A DNA stretch of 32,402 bases. Origin: an uncultured bacterium. Its GTDB lineage: Bacteria; Bacteroidota; Bacteroidia; Chitinophagales; CAIOSU01. Shown here piece by piece: positions 1 through 7,690 of this stretch. The DNA is taken from NCBI GenBank assembly GCA_903861055.1, contig CAIOSU010000476.1, positions 1 through 32,402 on the forward strand, in the 5' to 3' direction. The translations under genes were made by a program, and so were the position numbers. Every line of letters begins with the position of its first letter. Within the stretch, counting starts at the first letter, position 1. The notes beneath the pieces are model-generated. The model was given only the letters and a program-made list of their open reading frames with translations. It searched no databases and had not been told where the DNA came from.

Positions 1-1
1 A

Positions 2-379
2 GAATTTGCTCAGGAAATAGCGGACAACTCGTTCCCGGTTCGTTTTAAGCAGGGGGATGTTATGGTAAAATATAACGACGAAGTGGATTACGTGCCACTA
101 ATTCTTGAAGGGGAAGCAGAAATAAAAACGACTACATCCTCTGCCAAAGAGATAATTGTCTATACGGTAAAACCTGGGGGTTATTGCTCTCTTGTGTTGT
201 TAAATTGCCTTACGGGTACCCCATCGTTGGTAAAGGCAGAATGCACTAAAGATATCTCTGCAGTTATGGTTCCAAAATCGGTTGCGCTAAACTGGCTCTC
301 CAATAACCCTAACTGGCGCAAGCACCTTATGGAAGATGTTTCTATAAAATACAGCACCCTTTTAAGTCAACTCAAGTAA
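2..379 (+). CDS. Cyclic-nucleotide-binding (Crp/Fnr-type sensor) domain protein, 5'-truncated by the window edge, no C-terminal HTH
   Basis: Frame is open from base 2 (EFAQEIADNSFPVRFKQGDVM...). cNMP beta-barrel pattern FKQGDV..VPLILEG..KEIIVYTVKPGGYC, then a C-helix. Stop at 377-379, 7 nt before the next ATG. Confidence 0.75.
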   Translation, partial: EFAQEIADNSFPVRFKQGDVMVKYNDEVDYVPLILEGEAEIKTTTSSAKEIIVYTVKPGGYCSLVLLNCLTGTPSLVKAECTKDISAVMVPKSVALNWLSNNPNWRKHLMEDVSIKYSTLLSQLK

Positions 380-386
380 TTTATTT

Positions 387-932
387 ATGTTAGGTTTTGT
401 TAACCAGGCCATCAAGGACATGGTGTTAAGCGAATTTGGTTCAGATTCGTGGATGGCCATTTGTGAGGATGTACAATTTTTAGAAAAATCGTTTGCAAGC
501 CAGCAAGATTATCCCGATTTGCTCACTTATCAATTTGTTGGATCAATTTGCAAGTTGAAAAACATGGAGGTAAGTGAGGTGCTTATTGCCTTTGGAGAAT
601 ATTGGGTTTTAAAAACAGCCGCTCCTAAATATGGAATCTTGTTTCGGGCAAGCGGTCAAACTTTTGCTGAGTTTTTAGAGTACTTACCCAATTTCCATAG
701 TAAGGTAATGTTGTTTTATCCAAATATAAATCCCCCTGATTTTCGCGTAGATAAAACAGCAGAAAACCAATATCGGCTTTTTTATTTCTCTCATCGCCAA
801 GGCCTGGATGCCTTTGTAATAGGGCTTTTACAAGGATTGGCAAAGTTTTACGACGAAAAAATCGAGACCTATTTTGGAGCCGTTGGAGAGGAAAAGGCTA
901 ACTGCGTAATCAACATCCAAATTTTAAAATAA
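387..932 (+). CDS. H-NOX (heme NO/O2-binding) protein
   Basis: N-terminal MLGFVN, FGEYW (W73), proximal His in LPNFH (H104), PP motif (P116-P117) and YxSxR heme-propionate motif YFSHR (133-137); 181 aa stand-alone length. Confidence 0.95.
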   Translation: MLGFVNQAIKDMVLSEFGSDSWMAICEDVQFLEKSFASQQDYPDLLTYQFVGSICKLKNMEVSEVLIAFGEYWVLKTAAPKYGILFRASGQTFAEFLEYLPNFHSKVMLFYPNINPPDFRVDKTAENQYRLFYFSHRQGLDAFVIGLLQGLAKFYDEKIETYFGAVGEEKANCVINIQILK

Positions 933-934
933 AA

Positions 935-2206
935 ATGGCCAAAGTTGTTGAACTGCTCAACTTAACAGAGCCTTTTAATGTTTTTTTCGACAAAAGCTTA
1001 AAAATTTTAAGTTTTGGCCCTGCCATGCGAAAGGTGATTGGAGGCAATCAAGAAGGGAAAGAATTCAATGATTTGTTTTCGATAAAAAGGCCAATAACTA
1101 ACAAAGAGGCCAGTTTCGATTGGATACAAAAATCGCTCAGTTTGGTATTTATCCTTGAGTTAAACACCAACATCGAGCTCTGTTTTAAGGGGGAGTTTAA
1201 AGTTTACGAGGATAAACTTTTGTTTGTAGGCTCGCCTTACATAAATGATATTGCCCAGCTTAAAAATTATGGCCTAACTATTTCCGATTTCCCGGTTTCC
1301 GATTCAATCATCGACATTTTATTGTTGAATGACATGGAAAAACAAACCAGTAAGGAAATGAAAGAACTGATAACGGAGCTAATCGGCGTTAACTCGGCAT
1401 TGTCGTTAACTAGATTAGAATTGATTAAGGCTAACCAAGCATTGAACCAACAGTATGAGCGAGAAAAACAATCATATAAAAGTTTAGATGAAACTTTCAA
1501 GGACTTTACATTCTCTGTAAGTCATGATTTAAAAGCTCCGGTTAGGCAAGTATCAATGTTTGTAGAAATTTTCATGGACAGGCTAAAGCAGCTTTCGGTA
1601 GAGGATGACAAGCTTACAAAATTTGCCAACTTCATTTCCCTTAATAGCACAAGGGCTTTAAATATGATAGATGGCTTGTATTCTCTAACCAAATCGACAG
1701 GTAAAAAAATCGAATTAACTACAATCGAAATTGTTCCCTTTCTAGAGGAAATTATTGCATCGCAAAACCCAGATGATAAGTATAATTTTAAAATTGGACA
1801 CGACAGCCAAACTGCCGCTATTAAATCCGACAAGGTATTGTTGGATATAATAATGAGCAACTTAATATCAAACGCTATAAAGTATAGTAAAAACCTTGAC
1901 AACCCAAAGGTTAGCATAAATGTTAGCCAAAAAGAAGATTGCGGGCTAATTATAATAACCGATAATGGCGTTGGATTTAATATGAGTCACGGTAACCAGT
2001 TGTTTAAAATGTTTAGTAGGCTTCACGGGGAAGATAGTTTTGATGGGCTTGGTATTGGCCTAATGAACGTAAAAATGGCCCTGGATAAGTTACAAGGTAC
2101 CATTGAGTTTGAATCTTCTGTAAACAATGGTACTACCTTTACCATAAAGTTGCCTTTCCACTCCAATTATACAGTTTCTCATCAGCAGGAGCTCGTTAAC
2201 TTTTGA
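935..2206 (+). CDS. Cytoplasmic sensor histidine kinase with N-terminal HNOBA (H-NOX-associated PAS-like) domain
   Basis: N-terminus matches the sGC HNOBA pattern (PFNVFFD..FKGEF..LLFVGSP..GLTISDFPVSD..DILLL). Then coiled coil, H-box SHDLKAP, N-box NLISNAIKY, G1 DNGVGF, G2 GLGIGL. No TM segment. Starts 2 nt after the H-NOX stop. Confidence 0.92.
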   Translation: MAKVVELLNLTEPFNVFFDKSLKILSFGPAMRKVIGGNQEGKEFNDLFSIKRPITNKEASFDWIQKSLSLVFILELNTNIELCFKGEFKVYEDKLLFVGSPYINDIAQLKNYGLTISDFPVSDSIIDILLLNDMEKQTSKEMKELITELIGVNSALSLTRLELIKANQALNQQYEREKQSYKSLDETFKDFTFSVSHDLKAPVRQVSMFVEIFMDRLKQLSVEDDKLTKFANFISLNSTRALNMIDGLYSLTKSTGKKIELTTIEIVPFLEEIIASQNPDDKYNFKIGHDSQTAAIKSDKVLLDIIMSNLISNAIKYSKNLDNPKVSINVSQKEDCGLIIITDNGVGFNMSHGNQLFKMFSRLHGEDSFDGLGIGLMNVKMALDKLQGTIEFESSVNNGTTFTIKLPFHSNYTVSHQQELVNF

Positions 2207-2302
2207 GTTGCCCTCCCAAAGCATGCTCCATTTATGTTATCGAGCCGCTGTGCATTGCACAATATACTTACATACACACAATCTAAATAGGAGAGCAGCT
2301 CC

Positions 2303-2911
2303 TCAATACACAAACGGTATAAAGCGCTTTGCTTCTTTTTGGTATTGCCGGTATGCATCGCCAAACTCAACAAGGAGCTTCTGCTCTTCGAGGTAGACCC
2401 CAATAGGTAGGTAAATTAAAGAGGTTGCCACAAAAACCAACATGGGGTAGCTAGGTATATACAGCAAGGCCCCAACCAGCAGCAGCACTATCCCAAAGTA
2501 AAGCGGGTGGCGCACATAGGCATACATACCCGTTTTGGTGAGCTGGGTAACTTGGTGCGGCGTTTGCTTGGGTGCATCATTTTGCCGCAATTGCTGCAAA
2601 CCCACAAACTCGGCCTTGTTGAAAGAAGCAAAAGCCATCACCAATACCACCAACCCAAGTACAAAAACTAATGCGCCTAATATAGGCAATAGCGCGGGCA
2701 GCTGCAGTATAGTCTCAGCCGGAAGGCTGAATTGAAAGACCAACAACCCTGACAGAAACACTACACTGATAACATTGAACAGCAACCGATAATACCGATA
2801 ATGCCCTTTGGCTTTGCTTTGAACGAATGCCTTAACGCTATGGTGGGCTAATGCGCTATGTAGGGCGTAAAACATTGCCCAACCCAAAAACAGCACCAAC
2901 AAACCAACCAT
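2303..2911 (-). CDS. Membrane SAM-dependent methyltransferase family protein (ICMT/PEMT, MddA/NnrU-like)
   Basis: Multiple TM helices, LHSALA, GMYAYVRHPLYFG, EEQKL..FG..Y..Y. Start moved to ATG 2911 because the longer ORF overlaps comM. Confidence 0.8.
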   Translation of the reverse strand: MVGLLVLFLGWAMFYALHSALAHHSVKAFVQSKAKGHYRYYRLLFNVISVVFLSGLLVFQFSLPAETILQLPALLPILGALVFVLGLVVLVMAFASFNKAEFVGLQQLRQNDAPKQTPHQVTQLTKTGMYAYVRHPLYFGIVLLLVGALLYIPSYPMLVFVATSLIYLPIGVYLEEQKLLVEFGDAYRQYQKEAKRFIPFVY

Positions 2912-2963
2912 ACGTTTTCTTTTTGCGACGAAAAGATAACAACAATTTTTGAATGGGGGTAAC

Positions 2964-4508
2964 TCACCCAGCCCAGCTCTCCCTATCCAAGCTACGGAAT
3001 TGTATGGCTTCGGCGAGGTGTTCAATTTTAATATCGTCGCTGCCGGCAAGGTCGGCAATGGTGCGGCTTACTTTCAGTATGCGGTCGTAGGCGCGGGCAC
3101 TGAGGCCCAGTTGCTCCATGGCTTTGTTTAGCAATGTTTTGCTAGACTCGTTGATGCGACAAAACTCCTTAATACTCTTGGCACCAATTTGGGCATTACA
3201 GTGCACGCCATCCAGCTCGGCATAGCGGGCCTCTTGTATGCGGCGGGCTTTCACCACTCGCTCACGAACCACCTCGCTGTGCTCTGATTGTTCTTCCGAC
3301 GACAGATCGGCAAACGGCAACGGGGTTACCTCTACGTGCAAATCAATCCTATCTAGCAGCGGGCCCGAAATTTTGTTCAGGTACTTTTGCACCACTCCTG
3401 GACCGCACACGCACTCCTTTTCGGGGTGATTATAAAAGCCACAAGGGCAAGGGTTCATGCTGGCTATGAGCATAAAGCTGCTCGGGTAATCGACACTAAA
3501 CTTGGCACGGCTAATGGTTACCCGTCGGTCTTCCATGGGTTGGCGCAGCACCTCTAGCACCGTGCGCTTAAACTCTGGCAATTCATCCAAAAACAGCACC
3601 CCGTTGTGCGATAGGCTTATCTCGCCCGGCTGCGGGAACGCCCCTCCCCCCACCAGCGCCACATCGCTTATGGTGTGGTGCGGCGAGCGGAACGGCCGCT
3701 CGTGCAGCAGCGTGGCATTGGCGCCCAACCTACCCACCACGCTATGTATTTTAGTGGTCTCCAGTGCCTCGTGCAGGCTCATGGGCGGCAGTATGGTAGG
3801 CAAGCGCTTGGCCAGCATGGTTTTGCCCGCTCCGGGCGGACCAATCAATATCACGTTGTGCCCACCAGCAGCGGCTATCTCCAGAGAGCGTTTGATGTTC
3901 TTTTGGCCTTTTACGTCGGCAAAGTCGAGCTCGTTGTGGGGCAGATTTTTATAAAACTCCTCGCGGGTGTTTACTTCTAGCGGCACTATCTCTTGACGGC
4001 CCTCCAGAAAATCAATTACCTCCTTGAGGTTGTCAACCCCATACACTGGAAAATCTTTTACGATAGCCGCCTCGCGGGCATTGGCGTTGGGCAATATAAA
4101 ACCCTTGAACTTATCTTTGCGGGCCTGTATGGCTATGGGCAACGCCCCTTTAATGGGCTGCAAGTTACCATCGAGCGAAAGCTCGCCCATCATTATATAA
4201 TCTTCCAGTGGCTTTTTTGCCTCTAGTTGATCGGTGCAGGCCAGCGCACCAATGGTCATGGGCAAATCATATGCTGAGCCCTCTTTTTTAAGGTCTGCTG
4301 GCGACAGGTTTACAATATACTTTTGGCGGGGCATGTGGTAACCAATTTGTTTCAGGGCGCTCTCCATCCTAAACAACCCCTCGCGCACGGCCGCATCGGG
4401 CAGGCCCACCACGTTCCAGCTAGGGCCACCGCCCAAATGGTTCGATTCGATGGTAATGGTGGCTGCATCTACCCCAAAAACGGCACTTCCGTATGTTTTT
4501 ACTAACAT
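2964..4508 (-). CDS. comM: YifB/ComM family Mg-chelatase-like AAA+ ATPase
   Basis: VGLPDAAVRE, NLSPADLKKEGSAYDL, Walker A GPPGAGKT, PFRSPHHT, LFLDELPEF, MNPCPCG, SGPLLDRID, SARAYDRILKVSRTIADL. Confidence 0.95.
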   Translation of the reverse strand: MLVKTYGSAVFGVDAATITIESNHLGGGPSWNVVGLPDAAVREGLFRMESALKQIGYHMPRQKYIVNLSPADLKKEGSAYDLPMTIGALACTDQLEAKKPLEDYIMMGELSLDGNLQPIKGALPIAIQARKDKFKGFILPNANAREAAIVKDFPVYGVDNLKEVIDFLEGRQEIVPLEVNTREEFYKNLPHNELDFADVKGQKNIKRSLEIAAAGGHNVILIGPPGAGKTMLAKRLPTILPPMSLHEALETTKIHSVVGRLGANATLLHERPFRSPHHTISDVALVGGGAFPQPGEISLSHNGVLFLDELPEFKRTVLEVLRQPMEDRRVTISRAKFSVDYPSSFMLIASMNPCPCGFYNHPEKECVCGPGVVQKYLNKISGPLLDRIDLHVEVTPLPFADLSSEEQSEHSEVVRERVVKARRIQEARYAELDGVHCNAQIGAKSIKEFCRINESSKTLLNKAMEQLGLSARAYDRILKVSRTIADLAGSDDIKIEHLAEAIQFRSLDRESWAG

Positions 4509-4640
4509 GTTTCGCTTAATATTACAGTAGGGTAATATTAGGTAAAAAGGGGCAAAAGGTGAAATAACCTCCTAAATATGGTAAATTATTTGGGGCCTGG
4601 GGTTTTGTTTGTGGGCAAGCATTATTTACTTTATAGGCTA

Positions 4641-4804
4641 ATGCCCCTGCGCTGTTTCCGTTAAGGCGGAGAGTAAGCAAATGCTTACATCATGAAAAGA
4701 CACAAGTAGGAAATATACTTGCGTCCCCGCCTTAGGCGGGACAGGCTGAAGACGCGGTGTCCGTTACATCCTCCTCAAAAGAAGACGATGACGCGGGGGG
4801 GTAT
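4641..4804. other. GC-rich multi-hairpin intergenic element (candidate ncRNA or REP/MITE-like element)
   Basis: Stems TCCGT-taag-GCGGA, GTAAGC-aaat-GCTTAC, CAAGTA-ggaaata-TACTTG, CCCGCC-tta-GGCGGG; enclosing pairs GCGTC/GACGC and GACAC/GTGTC; imperfectly complementary ends. Confidence 0.5.
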
Positions 4805-5881
4805 TCACCCAGAAACTTTGCGCATCAAGCTCTCTAATGGACCGTTGGAAAACTTCTTAAGCCACAAGTGGCTAGATAGGCAGCTTACTATAAAAAAGAA
4901 GATGGCAAAGAACAGAATAACGAGGGGCGGGGTGTCTGGCAGGTCCATAATCTGCTCATCCAAGGGTTTGCCAGTAACGATGGCCAAAAGTATAAAACCG
5001 ATGGTAATGTGCGATACATAATGGGTTAATGTCAGTTTTCCTGTCTCGGCTAGCACCTTTGCTATAAGGTTGTGCGATATCCGCTCTCCAATTTTCATGC
5101 ATAGCCCAATTACCACCATACCAAAACCCATAGTGCCGAGCATAAATGGCAAAAACGGCGGCAGGTAATCAGCCTGTATGTATGCAAGCATATCGCTGTT
5201 GGTGGTTATTTGTGCTGCATAGTATTGCAATACCTGTATGGGTATGAACAATGATAAGCCAGCCAAAATGGTGTTTCGTGCCGTATGGCTAGCATTCCAG
5301 TTAAGGCGGCCTAGATACTGCCCCACAAAAAAGTAAGCTACCCAAGGAAAGATGGGGTTCCAACCGTTGTAAAACGTGTTGCGAAGGAAGCCTTTGATGG
5401 TCCAAAAATCGAGATATTGGAACGACTCAAAATTCCATCCAGTATCAAACGGCACCAATACAAACAAAAGGTGAAATACCCCCACAGCAAGCCCTGCAGC
5501 AATTAAATAATAATGCTTAGGCACAAACAAGAGCAGTGCGGCCAAATGCATATAGCCGCCATAAAAGTGGAGAATGTCGGCTGGCCACCATAAAAAAAAT
5601 AGCAACCCAAAGAAGAAGAGAAACCAGGAGCGCTTTAAAATGATACTTCGAAGGTTGCCGCGCAAATCGCTTTGCTCTATGCCCTTTGCAGTAAACAGCG
5701 ATACGCCCATGCCCGCCAACATTACGAAAATGGTACTGGAATTTCCATTAAAAAGGTTTAAAAATCCACTTAGGCCTTGTTTATCGGTAAGGCTACCAAA
5801 TACCGTGTTAAAATTTACTACAAACATGCCTAACACTGCATAGGCTCTTGCCAAGTCAAAACCAATTATCCGCTTATTCAT
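4805..5881 (-). CDS. DUF418 / acyltransferase-like polytopic membrane protein
   Basis: RIIGFDLARAYAVLGM, F.MLAGMG, DILHFYG, GKLTLTHYVSH, C-terminal GPLESLMR. Start placed at ATG 5881, downstream of a -7-like element. Confidence 0.85.
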   Translation of the reverse strand: MNKRIIGFDLARAYAVLGMFVVNFNTVFGSLTDKQGLSGFLNLFNGNSSTIFVMLAGMGVSLFTAKGIEQSDLRGNLRSIILKRSWFLFFFGLLFFLWWPADILHFYGGYMHLAALLLFVPKHYYLIAAGLAVGVFHLLFVLVPFDTGWNFESFQYLDFWTIKGFLRNTFYNGWNPIFPWVAYFFVGQYLGRLNWNASHTARNTILAGLSLFIPIQVLQYYAAQITTNSDMLAYIQADYLPPFLPFMLGTMGFGMVVIGLCMKIGERISHNLIAKVLAETGKLTLTHYVSHITIGFILLAIVTGKPLDEQIMDLPDTPPLVILFFAIFFFIVSCLSSHLWLKKFSNGPLESLMRKVSG

Positions 5882-5928
5882 CGCTATTTTTCTTGCTATC
5901 AAAGATGGCACACCCGGTTGGTTTATTT

Positions 5929-5944
5929 TTTGACCTAAGTCAAA
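5929..5944. promoter_or_regulatory. Crp/Fnr-type palindromic operator TTTGAC-CTAA-GTCAAA
   Basis: Perfect 6-4-6 inverted repeat resembling the FNR box TTGAT-N4-ATCAA. Lies between the Crp/Fnr gene and the DUF418-like gene, about 30 nt upstream of a -7-like CATCTTTG (5907-5900, minus strand). Confidence 0.7.
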
Positions 5945-5953
5945 TAACCTTCG

Positions 5954-6532
5954 CTATCGCTTAGCACGAATGCGGCTTAATGTTTCCAGCGAGATGCCTA
6001 AATAAGAAGCCACTATGCCCAGCGGAACATGCTTAAGTATATTTGGGCTTTGCTCTAGTATCATGTCGTATCGCTGTTTCGCACTAAGGGTTCTAAGTTG
6101 CAACAATCGTTCTTCAATCCAAAGGCCATAATACTCCAATAGCATTATATCTAGCTCCATCAGTTTAGGATGCTTGGCTTTGGCTTCTTGAAAAGCAATA
6201 TAGTTGATAGCTGATACCTTTACCTCGGTAAGCGCCTCAATATATTCAGTGCTGGGATTTTGCAATGCGTAGCTACCGAATGAAATGGCAATATCGCCCA
6301 AAAAATAGAGCTCGGTAGTAATTTGCTTTGCCTCGTTTAAATAATATTTTCTAGCTATTCCATCCAATATTTGGTAGCTCCATTGGCATACCTCTCCCGG
6401 TTTTAGTAAAAGTGCACCTTTCTTAAAACTTTTGGAAACCGATATAACTTCGAGTGCCTCTATGGTTTCGCCATCCAAGCTTACCAAGAAACGCTCCAAT
6501 TTTACACCGTACATTTCAAGGTTACTCTTCAA
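5954..6532 (-). CDS. Crp/Fnr family transcriptional regulator
   Basis: cNMP domain (KKGALLLKPGEVC..GIARKYY) plus HTH IVASYLGISLETLSRIR. Start uncertain (TTG 6532 or a nearby ATG). Confidence 0.92.
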   Translation of the reverse strand: MKSNLEMYGVKLERFLVSLDGETIEALEVISVSKSFKKGALLLKPGEVCQWSYQILDGIARKYYLNEAKQITTELYFLGDIAISFGSYALQNPSTEYIEALTEVKVSAINYIAFQEAKAKHPKLMELDIMLLEYYGLWIEERLLQLRTLSAKQRYDMILEQSPNILKHVPLGIVASYLGISLETLSRIRAKR

Positions 6533-6620
6533 TCGAGGTTGGTTTTATAGCCTAATTTAGGGTATAATTTCAATTCCTACTACGCTGTATCGCAATTATT
6601 GCTGAATACAGCCATTCCAC

Positions 6621-6653
6621 AAAAAAACAAAGCCACCCCGAAGGATGGCTTTG
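6621..6653 (-). terminator. Rho-independent terminator of the atp operon
   Basis: Minus strand CAAAGCCATCC-TTCG-GGGTGGCTTTG followed by T7; cUUCGg tetraloop. Confidence 0.9.
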
Positions 6654-6676
6654 CAAATATTCTAAATGAAGCAGTA

Positions 6677-6700
6677 CTTCGACAAAAGCTCAGGATGAGA
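6677..6700. repeat. Single REP-like unit (CTTCGACAAAAGCTCAGGATGA)
   Basis: Resembles, from memory, GTCATCCTGAGCnnGTCGAAG-type dispersed repeats of Bacteroidota. Only one copy in this window. Confidence 0.4.
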
Positions 6701-6703
6701 TTT

Positions 6704-6734
6704 CTTGATACTTGATACTCACTACTTGATACTA
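6704..6734. repeat. Heptamer tandem tract CTTGATA-CTTGATA-CTCACTA-CTTGATA
   Basis: Read directly from the sequence; abuts the atpG stop codon. Confidence 0.8.
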
Positions 6735-7622
6735 GTTTGCTTCCAAAGCCGCCGCACCGCTTACAATCTCGGTAAGCTCGGTGGTAATGGCCGCTTGGCG
6801 TGCACGGTTGTAGCTAATGCTAAGCTCTTTCAATAGCTCTTGTGCGTTATCGGTGGCCTTGTCCATAGCAGTCATACGGGCACCATGTTCGCTGGCGTTG
6901 GTATCCAATAAGGCTTTATAGAACTGGGTTTTCAAAATCTTCGGTATCAGCACATCAATAATCTCGTGCTCGTTCGGCTCAAAAATAAAGTCGGCAACAT
7001 TGTTATTGGTTGGTGTTACTGCGGCCTCTACTTTCACCAATGGCAAAAACGGCTCTGACAGGTAATTTTGAACTGCCGCATTTTTAAACTGGGCGTAAAC
7101 CAACTCCACTACATCAAAATCGCCATTGATAAAACCGTTGATAGCAAATTCGGCAGCTTTAGCTGTTTCTTCAAAGCTACGATCTTGTAAAAGGTTTATG
7201 TATGTGCCATTAACGGTGCACTGCACTTTAGTAAAGTATGCGTTGCTCTTTTTGCCAATAGTCATTACATGCAAGTTAGCCTTAGCAATATGGCTGTACT
7301 TGGTGCGTATTTGCTCCATTGTCTTTTTAATAACATTGGCATTGAATGCACCACAAAGACCCCTATCGGCAGTATATACTACTAGCAATACGTTTTTTAC
7401 TTCCCGCTCTTCGGCAAGGTCTAATTTTACCTGGCCGTCTTGAGCAATAAGTATATTATTCAGTATCTCAGATAATTTATTGGAATAAGGACGCATTTCC
7501 TGAATAGCTACAGTAGCCCTGCGCAACTTAGCCGCCGAAACCATTTTCATGGCTTTGGTGATTTGTTGCGTAGACTTTACGGATTTCATCCGCTCGCGTA
7601 CTTCCTTTAGTTTACCAGACAT
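6732..7622 (-). CDS. atpG: F1 ATP synthase gamma subunit
   Basis: QITKAMKMVSAAKL, DRGLCGAFN, SEHGARMTAMDKATDNA, RQAAITTELTEIVSGA. Confidence 0.99.
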   Translation of the reverse strand: MSGKLKEVRERMKSVKSTQQITKAMKMVSAAKLRRATVAIQEMRPYSNKLSEILNNILIAQDGQVKLDLAEEREVKNVLLVVYTADRGLCGAFNANVIKKTMEQIRTKYSHIAKANLHVMTIGKKSNAYFTKVQCTVNGTYINLLQDRSFEETAKAAEFAINGFINGDFDVVELVYAQFKNAAVQNYLSEPFLPLVKVEAAVTPTNNNVADFIFEPNEHEIIDVLIPKILKTQFYKALLDTNASEHGARMTAMDKATDNAQELLKELSISYNRARQAAITTELTEIVSGAAALEAN

Positions 7623-7690
7623 CTTAAATTAAATAAGAAATGACAGATGACAAATATGAAACGTTACATTCAGGCAATCAGCCATCATGC

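Noticed and set aside
2912-3058. 49-aa N-terminal extension of the methyltransferase ORF
   Set aside because: Overlaps the comM 3' end and has no family-like features; ATG 2911 starts the first TM helix.
2964-4508. comM as a chlorophyll Mg-chelatase or as a disrupted integration site
   Set aside because: Motifs are YifB/ComM-type, no photosynthesis genes are nearby, and the frame is intact with no integrase adjacent.
4746-4816. Hammerhead ribozyme suggested by CTGAAGA
   Set aside because: No GAAA follows a closing stem II in the required position, and stems I and III could not be built.
4719-5021. 100-aa plus-strand ORF
   Set aside because: TTG start inside the hairpin element, mostly antisense to the DUF418-like gene, no recognisable motif.
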